Source of the DNA: Giardia intestinalis
Taxonomy: Eukaryota
Assembly: GCA_000002435.2 (NCBI GenBank)
Contig: CM018792.1
Strand: one strand, 5' to 3'
DNA length: 64,000 bases
Below, one piece after another: positions 46,050 to 53,926 of the stretch. Every line of letters starts with the position of its first letter. The stretch's first letter is position 1. The notes below the pieces were generated by a model that worked only from the letters and a program-made list of their open reading frames with translations, had not been told where the DNA came from and did no database searches. Both the position numbers and the translations under genes were made by a program.

Positions 46050-47301
46050 GGAGTTTCAAATTTAATTTGTGCTACTGATTCTTATATATGTGAAGAATTT
46101 ACTACGCTTCAGGGGAGCGGTCTTGCTCGCCACTACTGAGCCACGTGGACATGTGGAAACTAGCAACTTGGTAACTATACAAAGATGTGGATCGATAGGC
46201 CATATGGAATCAGACCTTACAAGTGAACCTCGGCACCAGATGCAAGAGGATGGAGTGAAACTGGATAGGAATAATGGGGCTACCCATATGCTCTGATATT
46301 TCAGAGTATCTGAAACCACTACTCAATTATCACAATAGAACCTTAAGCTATATAAGCTCATTATAAATATATATGCCAATACCCTACTACTACTGTATGA
46401 TTCCTATAGCACAATATGAAAGACACTATCGAAGAAAAATTAAGCAGACCCATCAATTCAAGTCAGTAGTACTATAGCCATAATGATATAGTAAGTATTC
46501 CTTCAAGTGGCCTCACGGTAAATAGGTACTAGTAATAGGCTTCAGTAATAATCCTGCATTGCAAGACGACCTGCTAATGCTGATAAGAGCATGTAGCACA
46601 CTCTATTATAAGCATCGCTTCCACTGGCAGCGACAACTGGAAAATTCATCGATAGGCCGTCTGTTTTCCTTCTGGACAAACCGTGACCCTCCGGGACAAA
46701 TTTGATATGTCGTGTCAGTATCCCAGTGAGCTCCGATTGATTGCTCATGATAGTATGTGTTTGACCCCTGCTCTGCTGTTTCATGACCCTGTGCGACTCC
46801 ATGCAGATCTCCTGTGTGTGTCCTTCACGGCTATCTGGGCATAGTCGCCACGGTCTCTCGTAGTTCTGTTCCCTACTGTTACAGGCCACATGCTAGCCGC
46901 CTACACAATACTAGAGCAGCTGTAGACAAGACCGGGGCGGATCGATGAACCAGTGTGTCTGGCTTCCCCTCTGGCTGTATCTTCTATTTAGTTCAACACT
47001 CTCAGATAGCATCCTTTACATAACAGATTTTGTTAAGTACATGGATTCATTCTTAACCTTCCACTGTTACTACAGACGACCGAGCTGTTTGGCTGATGCA
47101 TGCCTCTGTAGACGGTATTATTCTAAACTATACAATTTACAGGGGTAGGCAGAGAGTATGAGGACCGAAGAGAAGGGAACTCAGATAGAGTCCTAGCTCA
47201 GCGGGATAGTGTCATCGTGGTCACGTTATCAATGAGTGGCAGGCTTACACATATAGAAACCCTTTGGTACATATTGTGCTACACTTTATGAAAAACGCTA
47301 A

Positions 47302-49785
47302 ATGCTCGGCCTTCTGCCGCTGGCTCTCCTTGCTTCTCTTTGCAAAAGTTCAAGAGATGTGTATTACAACAAGTTCGGCGTGGGATGTGAGGGCAAGCAG
47401 GAGAATTGCGCCCAGGATAGATGTATCTTACTAGGATCAGATCAATTGTGCACCCAGTGCGTTCCTGGGTATGTTCCAATAGATGGAAAATGCCAGAAAT
47501 ACCCAGGAGCTAGCTCCCCTCCATGTACTCCGGATGACCCTGCATCGCCGACTCGGTGTATTGCATGCAAACAGGAAACAAACATATTTTTATTCTATGG
47601 CAGCTGCTATAAAATTACAACAACACAGGACAGAAATCTGGGCAATTTCTTGTGCTCTGAAGCATCGAATGGAGTGTGTACTGAATGCTATAAAAATAAC
47701 ACTGAAATGTATGTTTTCACCAATCCAGACACAAGTGCAGCTGAGAAGTGCATCCTGTGCTCCGACACGGTCGGGTTCAATGGGTACAAGGGTGCCTCTG
47801 GGTGCCTAGATTGCCTTCCCCCCATCACTGATAAAATAGGCATCGCTCTGTGTGTTAAATGTCACTATACTGACAAGGATAGACATTTTTATCCGATTGA
47901 CTATCAATGCCAAGCCAAAGGGCCTCACAATTGCGTCAATGGTTACTGCACGTCATGCTACAAGACACATTTGTTCTATGAGTATGGATGCTACAGCCGA
48001 CACAGTTCGACTGGATTTGCCATCTGTGTAGAAGCCAACCAGTACGAACTAGATAATGTTACTATCTGCAAAGAGTGCGCAAATGCATCATACGCACCCA
48101 GGAACGGAGCATGCATTCTTATCAAGGAAAATCCATCTATTGAAGAGATCGCTTTTAAGTGCACAAAGGATCCAACTAAGGGACTATGCACGGCCTGTCC
48201 CGCTTCTGCGAAGTCCTTCCTCTTCTACGGCGGCTGCTACGACGAGGACGCCCATATTAGCTCAAGACTCTGTTCAAGAATTGGATCAAATGCCTGTGAA
48301 CAATGGAATAGTGCTTTCAAATGGATCTTCTCTAAGAATGGCGATAACAATAAAAATGGATATCTGTGTGGCGATATTGCAAACGGTGGCATCTCTGGCT
48401 GTGCTACGTGTAACTATGCCAGCGGTGCTGTCACTTGCACGCGGTGCTCGGCAGGGTGCCTAGGAGTGGACGGGAAGTCCTGCAGTGAAGGCTGCAGCGG
48501 AGACACTCGGGGAGTGTGCACGAAGGTAGCAGAGGGGAGCGAGTCAACTGAAGTGTCGTGTCGATGCGTCTGCAAGCCGACGTTCTACAACAGCTCCGGA
48601 ACGTGCATATCATGCACGGACTCGTGCGCTGTCTGCAAGGATGGCACACTAACCGGCTGTCAGCAGTGCAGCCCCGGCAAGATCCTGAACTTCTCGATCG
48701 TCTCTAGCGAGAGTGCAGACTGCATCAATCAGTGTTCTGTTAGTAGTGAGTGTGCAGAGTGCGGCATCACCATCGACGGCAGCAGGTACTGCACGCGCTG
48801 CAAGGACGCAAGCACGTATCCGTTCAACGGGGTGTGTATTCCGAACACACAAAGAGACGCGTACTGTACCAGCACGGCAAATGGTGCTTGTACTACATGC
48901 TCAGGAGCGGCCTTCCTGATGAACGGGGGCTGCTACACAACGGAGCACTATCCGGGAAGCACTATCTGTGACAAGCAGTCAAATGGAAAGTGTGAGAAGA
49001 CCAAGGAGGGGTACGGGATATCGGACGATGGAAAGCTGCTGGAGTGCGATCCGACATGTCTGGCGTGCACTGCCCCTGGCCCCGGCCACTGCACCAGGTG
49101 CCCCTCTGGAGCGCTCCTGAAGAGGGCCTCGGGTGCCGCCACCGGGAGCTGCGTCGACCCCGGCGCCTGTGGGGACGGGTACTACGCATACGGAGACGCG
49201 TGCCTGCCCTGCGCCACTCCGGGGTGCAAGACCTGCGGGCATGCCTCCTTCTGCACAGAGTGCGCGGGGGAGCTCTTCGTGAGCCTGGACGGGCAGTCGT
49301 GCCTGGGGGAGTGCACCGGGGACAAGGTGGTGGGAGAGGTGTCCGGCGGCGTGCGGAGGTGCTGGTGCGAGCGGGGCTTCCTGCCGGCGCTGGACAGGTC
49401 CGGGTGTGTGCTCCCAACCGAGTGTCCCCCTGACATGCCGTTGTGTGCTGCCTGCGATGAGTCGGGTAGGTGCCTCTTGTGTGTCACCTCGGGCCACAAC
49501 GTCCAAGTAGACCAGCGGACGTGTGCAGAGGGGTGCGGTGCCAGGGCCTCATCGAACCAGGGGCTGTGCATGTGCGAGCTCGACGCGGTCCTCACGAAGG
49601 GCGTCTGTGTCCCAGCCAAGGAGCTGGCCAGGAAGAGGACGGCGGCGATCGCAGGAGGAACAGTGGCCGGGGTAGCTGTCATCGGTGTTTTGGTTGGTTT
49701 CCTTTGCTGGTGGTTCCTTTGTAGAGGCAAGCGCATCGGCGCTTCTCCGAGTACCACGGCGCTTGTTCGCCCGAAGTCCGTATAA
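47302..49785 (+). CDS. cysteine-rich type-I membrane surface protein (Giardia VSP / high-cysteine membrane protein-like)
   Basis: ATG start. It has a signal peptide (MLGLLPLALLASLC). About 12% of residues are Cys, with many CXXC and GGCY motifs. A single C-terminal TM (IAGGTVAGVAVIGVLVGFLCWWFL) is followed by CRGKR and a 17-aa tail. The canonical VSP terminus would be CRGKA. Confidence 0.75.
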   Translation: MLGLLPLALLASLCKSSRDVYYNKFGVGCEGKQENCAQDRCILLGSDQLCTQCVPGYVPIDGKCQKYPGASSPPCTPDDPASPTRCIACKQETNIFLFYGSCYKITTTQDRNLGNFLCSEASNGVCTECYKNNTEMYVFTNPDTSAAEKCILCSDTVGFNGYKGASGCLDCLPPITDKIGIALCVKCHYTDKDRHFYPIDYQCQAKGPHNCVNGYCTSCYKTHLFYEYGCYSRHSSTGFAICVEANQYELDNVTICKECANASYAPRNGACILIKENPSIEEIAFKCTKDPTKGLCTACPASAKSFLFYGGCYDEDAHISSRLCSRIGSNACEQWNSAFKWIFSKNGDNNKNGYLCGDIANGGISGCATCNYASGAVTCTRCSAGCLGVDGKSCSEGCSGDTRGVCTKVAEGSESTEVSCRCVCKPTFYNSSGTCISCTDSCAVCKDGTLTGCQQCSPGKILNFSIVSSESADCINQCSVSSECAECGITIDGSRYCTRCKDASTYPFNGVCIPNTQRDAYCTSTANGACTTCSGAAFLMNGGCYTTEHYPGSTICDKQSNGKCEKTKEGYGISDDGKLLECDPTCLACTAPGPGHCTRCPSGALLKRASGAATGSCVDPGACGDGYYAYGDACLPCATPGCKTCGHASFCTECAGELFVSLDGQSCLGECTGDKVVGEVSGGVRRCWCERGFLPALDRSGCVLPTECPPDMPLCAACDESGRCLLCVTSGHNVQVDQRTCAEGCGARASSNQGLCMCELDAVLTKGVCVPAKELARKRTAAIAGGTVAGVAVIGVLVGFLCWWFLCRGKRIGASPSTTALVRPKSV

Positions 49786-50020
49786 CAATTCCAACAGCTT
49801 GCGATACGGATATCTACAATAGGGCCGTGCTCGCGGTGTGCTGAGCACTATTCTCGGTGTCCTTCCACAGTGAACGACTTGATCTGCATCCGCGCTGTCT
49901 TGCTGCGGCGCCTCTGGGTGCGCTCCAGCTAGCGGATAGAAAGGCAGCCTGCCCACACCGCCCGCCCGGGAGCCCGGCCGGCCCGGGAGCTTTCCATAAA
50001 ATACTTCGGCGGCCGCGGGC

Positions 50021-52339
50021 ATGCGCTATGCGTTCATCGACACCGGCCTTGTCGAGGAGGTCCAGCTCTCCATAAGCGTCTCGGCGGTCCCCGTCCCGGT
50101 CTGGTGCTGGGTGAGCCGCAGCCGCCGCCTGGCCGAGGAGGACCTGCGCAAGACGGCCCAGGCCATCAAGCTCGCCTTCGACGACGAGCTCGCGCTGGCG
50201 GGGAGCGCGCGCCCCGGGCTCTGGCGGGTGAAGGAGCTCGGGGCCACGGAGGCGGCCGGCAGCGTCTACGTCGGAACCCTGTGCTCGCTCCCCCGCCCGG
50301 CCCGGCCGCGCCTGCTGGGGCCCGCCCCGCCCTCCAGGGCCCCGTCCGTGCACGACCGCGTGAACGAGTTCCTCTTCAACGAGGTGCACAACTTTGACGT
50401 CGGCGCCGCCCGGGCGTTTCCCCTCTCCGAGCACCTGCAGCACAGCCCGGGGCCCCACTCGTACGCCGTCTCCCTGCTCTTCGCGGCCGGGGCATTGGGC
50501 GGGGGGCTGTACGGCGCCGCGAACAACCTGGCCCGGAGCTTCCTCGCCAGCGTCGAGGGCCACCTCCGCGGCCTCCGCCCCGGGACCGTGGCCGCGGTGA
50601 GGGACCTCGTCTCCCAGGAGATCCACCACCTTCTCTGCTCCCTCTCGCAGCTCGCGCCGCCCCGCAGCCTGCCCGCCGCCCGGCCGTCGAGCCCCCTGCA
50701 GCCCCCTCCTCTCCCGGGCGCCTTCCGCGACCTCCAGGCCGAGTACGGGGGCAGTCCGGCGCCGGGGCTCGCAGACGCCCTTGCTCCCCCCGCCCCCGCG
50801 GGCCTCGGCGCCACGCTGCTCTCCTTCGCGTCCGAGCAGGACCTGCGCTCGCACCTCCGCGCGCTGGAGCAGGACGTCGTTGCGGGCCACTACCTGAGGC
50901 TGGAGCCGGCCTCGCAGGGCATCCGGCCCCCGGGAGGCCAGGCCGCCTGCAGGTACTGCGTGCTGCGCTACACGGAGGAGCAGCACCGGGCGGCCTCGCG
51001 GCTCCTCAACGTCTACCGCAGGGAGGGCGCGCGGTTCGTGAACCTGGTCCTGAGCAACCTCTGCTGCGCCGACTTCAGGATCGCCTACCTCGGCCCGTAC
51101 CCGCTGGCCCGGCTGCTGGACGACACCGTCGCCGCGCTGCTTCCCGAGCACAGGCGGCAGCTCTTCAGGGCCCGCGCCGCCCACACGCCCCTGGACGCCG
51201 CCTACTGCACCTGCGCGGGCTCCCCCTGCACGCTCCTCCTGGAGCACAGGCCGGCGGTTTCGGCCTTCAACGTGCTCTACAGCGCGGCCCCGGACCCGCC
51301 CGGGCACACCGGCAGGCAGGCAGAGGACGGCCAGGGCGGCGCGGAGCCTTCTTCGGAGCCCGTCTCTCGTGGGAGGTCGTGCCAGCGGTGCGGCAGGCCG
51401 CTCTACGTGCCGCGGCTCCACCTCGACGCCTCGTCCCAGGTGCTCTCCGCAGACCCGGGCTCCGGCTGCCTTGCGCTGCAGCAGTTCTGCGCCGCCACGG
51501 GGAGGCCCCTCTGCGTCGTCAACCTCCTGGCCGACGACGTCGAGGGCGGCTGCTTCGTCGCCTCTCTCTCCGCGGTGCCGCACCTCCAGAGGCTCCCCGC
51601 GCCGCGCGCCGAGAAGATCCTCCCCTCGAGGCGGAGCCCCCTGCTGCTCGCCTCCGGCAGGGCGCCGGGGCTCTACTGCGACGACGGCTCTGCCTTCTAC
51701 GGCCACCTCCTCCGGCGGCTCCTGGCGGCGCCCCGCGCTGCGCGGAGGTTCGTGCTCGGCTGCCGGCTCCTGCGCCTCCAGTACTACTTTTCGTCCGTCG
51801 CGGAGCTGGGGCTGCTGGACTACCTCCGGCTCGCGGCGCAGACGCCCCCCGGCCCCTCTGCGCCGAGGAGGGCCCAGGGCCGGCTGGCGGACATCCGCTC
51901 GCTCTCCGAGCTGGCCAGCGCCCCGCCCGCCGGCCCGCTCTACCTGGCCCTCCCGATCTCGCGGGAGCGGATCGCCTCTGTCTGCGGCCTGCTGGAGCAC
52001 AGCCTCTGCAGCCTGAACGGTGCGTTCACCCTGCGAGACAGCGCGAACAGGGAGGAGCCCCTCATCCACGTCCTGCTGGCGAACGGGTTCCGGGCCGTCG
52101 GGCTCCCGGACGTCTGCCTCCCCGTCAGCGACGCGGCCAAGTGGGCGCAGATCTGCGCGGGGGCGTTCGGCGCCTCCGGGCTGTCCTGCCTGGTCCGGCT
52201 GCGGAGCAACGGCCAGGTCATCACGTCGGACCTCGTCCCGTTCGGGGCCGCGACGGTGACGAACCACCGCGTGGTCGCCGACGGGGACGAGTTCCCGCAC
52301 GCGTCGCTGGCCATGAAGTGCGGCATTCTGGGGGCATAG
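50021..52339 (+). CDS. hypothetical protein encoded in GC-rich island (772 aa; Ala/Arg/Leu/Gly/Pro-rich), no recognised domain
   Basis: ATG start. Third codon positions are almost all G or C in this frame only. The amino-acid content is diverse (F, Y, D, C, H present), unlike the alternative-frame ORFs. Several C-x2-C pairs are present. Confidence 0.55.
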   Translation: MRYAFIDTGLVEEVQLSISVSAVPVPVWCWVSRSRRLAEEDLRKTAQAIKLAFDDELALAGSARPGLWRVKELGATEAAGSVYVGTLCSLPRPARPRLLGPAPPSRAPSVHDRVNEFLFNEVHNFDVGAARAFPLSEHLQHSPGPHSYAVSLLFAAGALGGGLYGAANNLARSFLASVEGHLRGLRPGTVAAVRDLVSQEIHHLLCSLSQLAPPRSLPAARPSSPLQPPPLPGAFRDLQAEYGGSPAPGLADALAPPAPAGLGATLLSFASEQDLRSHLRALEQDVVAGHYLRLEPASQGIRPPGGQAACRYCVLRYTEEQHRAASRLLNVYRREGARFVNLVLSNLCCADFRIAYLGPYPLARLLDDTVAALLPEHRRQLFRARAAHTPLDAAYCTCAGSPCTLLLEHRPAVSAFNVLYSAAPDPPGHTGRQAEDGQGGAEPSSEPVSRGRSCQRCGRPLYVPRLHLDASSQVLSADPGSGCLALQQFCAATGRPLCVVNLLADDVEGGCFVASLSAVPHLQRLPAPRAEKILPSRRSPLLLASGRAPGLYCDDGSAFYGHLLRRLLAAPRAARRFVLGCRLLRLQYYFSSVAELGLLDYLRLAAQTPPGPSAPRRAQGRLADIRSLSELASAPPAGPLYLALPISRERIASVCGLLEHSLCSLNGAFTLRDSANREEPLIHVLLANGFRAVGLPDVCLPVSDAAKWAQICAGAFGASGLSCLVRLRSNGQVITSDLVPFGAATVTNHRVVADGDEFPHASLAMKCGILGA

Positions 52340-52351
52340 GCCCTCCTTAAA

Positions 52352-53926
52352 ATGTCCGCGGGCCCCGCCGGTGCCGCCCTCTCCCCGCCGGCCGTGCCAG
52401 GGGACGGGGCGCACGCGCTGTACGCCGCCCGGGTCCGTAAATGCATGCTGAGTGTGAACGTGCGCCTCGAGCAGAGGACCTTTCTGGCGTTCTTCGGGCT
52501 GGCGGCCCGCACCCTGGAGCTCACGGGGGACCCGGACGTCCTGGCCGACACCATCCAGAGGAGCCTGTGCGTCGAGGAGGGGCGGGCCGCGGCGCTGGGG
52601 GACGGCGTGGCGAGGGGCCGCCGGGAGGCCGAGGCCCGGGGGAGCCGCCCGCTCGACCCGAGGGAGCGCCGGCTGCTCGAGCGGTACGGGCCCGGCGGGG
52701 CTGCAGAGAAGCCGGCCTGCGAGCCGCCGCGCACCCCCCTGCCGGCCGCGGGCGCCATCGCGGGCTCCCTGGTCGAGGTCTCGCTCAGCAGCCTCGGCGC
52801 CCTCTCGTCCCTCCCGCAGTCCCACGAGGCCCACGGCACGCTCTGGGTCGTGCCCCGCGCCCCCGGGTCCGGGGACGGCCTGCTGGCAGACCTCGCGGTC
52901 TTCGCCGAGGGCGTCTCCCTCTCCGAGTTCGTCCTCGGGGAGGGCGCGCGGGCGCTGCGGGGCTATGCGGCCCGCTTCCCCACCGCCCATGCCGCGTGCC
53001 TCTGCGCCTACTCCGTCTGCCAGCGGAACTTCCTCGTGGGGCCGGCCCTCCGGCGCAGCAGCGTCTACGCATACGCAGAGGCCCCCGGGCGCGACCTCCG
53101 CACGCTGTCGGAGCGCGTGGACGGGACGCCCGCCGTGAGCGACGTCGAGCTCTCCGGCTCCTCCGATGGGACGGGAGAGCCTCCAGACGAGCCGCCCATC
53201 AAGAGGGCCCAGCGGCGCGTCGTGCTCAACACCGACGTCGGGACCACGAGGACCAAGGCCCGGGCGGGCGCGTCCTTCGGCGACCCGGCCTGCGTCGTGC
53301 GGCTCACAGGCATCCCCGACGCGTACCGGGGGGCCGGCTTCCGGGGGCTGGGGGTCCTGAAGGGGAAGACGCCCCCGGACCGCGTCCTGCACGGCGAGGA
53401 GGCCGGGGAGTACGTGATGTACATCGGCTTCAGGCACGCCGCGCCCCTGCAGAAGTTCGCCGAGGCCTGCAGAAGGGCCCGCGACCGGGGCGTCGGGATC
53501 CGGGCCGTCCAGGGGCGCGTGCCCGGCGACTGCTCCGGCCTCGCGGCCCTCGACCCCGGGGACGTCTGGTGCGGCGCCGGGGGCCCTGCAGAGGCGGCCC
53601 AGGGCCCCGTCGTGGAGGTCGCCCACCTGCCCGAGGCCTACCGAGATCTCGGGCGGCGCGAGGGCTTCTGGTGCGGCGAGGACCGCCCGCTGCTGTGGTG
53701 GAACCTGCTGAGCCGGGTCGTGCAGAACGAGGGGGGCGGGGGGACCCTCTACTTCTGCTTCAAGTACCGGGAGGGCAAGGAGGCCAGCTCCGCCAAGTGG
53801 TTCAGGAAGCGCCTGGCCAGCGCGCTGCGCGAGGAGGGCGTGAGCGGCGTATCTGTCGCCGTCCTCGACCGCGTGCCCCCCGGGCTCGAGGGCCGCGACG
53901 TGGAGCTCCCCGCTCCCAGGCAATAG
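52352..53926 (+). CDS. hypothetical protein encoded in GC-rich island (524 aa), same frame as upstream ORF, no recognised domain
   Basis: The ATG sits in a conspicuous ttaaaATG context, 12 nt after the upstream TAG. GC3 is saturated in the same frame as ORF 50021..52339. Confidence 0.55.
   Translation: MSAGPAGAALSPPAVPGDGAHALYAARVRKCMLSVNVRLEQRTFLAFFGLAARTLELTGDPDVLADTIQRSLCVEEGRAAALGDGVARGRREAEARGSRPLDPRERRLLERYGPGGAAEKPACEPPRTPLPAAGAIAGSLVEVSLSSLGALSSLPQSHEAHGTLWVVPRAPGSGDGLLADLAVFAEGVSLSEFVLGEGARALRGYAARFPTAHAACLCAYSVCQRNFLVGPALRRSSVYAYAEAPGRDLRTLSERVDGTPAVSDVELSGSSDGTGEPPDEPPIKRAQRRVVLNTDVGTTRTKARAGASFGDPACVVRLTGIPDAYRGAGFRGLGVLKGKTPPDRVLHGEEAGEYVMYIGFRHAAPLQKFAEACRRARDRGVGIRAVQGRVPGDCSGLAALDPGDVWCGAGGPAEAAQGPVVEVAHLPEAYRDLGRREGFWCGEDRPLLWWNLLSRVVQNEGGGGTLYFCFKYREGKEASSAKWFRKRLASALREEGVSGVSVAVLDRVPPGLEGRDVELPAPRQ

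Noticed and set aside
47185-47240. tRNA-like fragment (tcctagctcagcgggatagtgtc)
   Set aside because: The D-stem GCTC has no complementary GAGC after the loop, and no anticodon or T-arm can be folded. It is probably a chance match or a decayed fragment.
49814-53923. 1369-aa minus-strand ORF spanning the entire GC island
   Set aside because: Its codons are in register with the plus-strand genes, so that its first codon positions are the complements of their third positions. Those are nearly always G or C, so no codon can begin with T. TAA, TAG and TGA are therefore impossible and the open frame is a mechanical by-product of GC3 saturation. The product is an Ala/Gly/Arg/Pro smear. The ORF also starts with TTG, not ATG.
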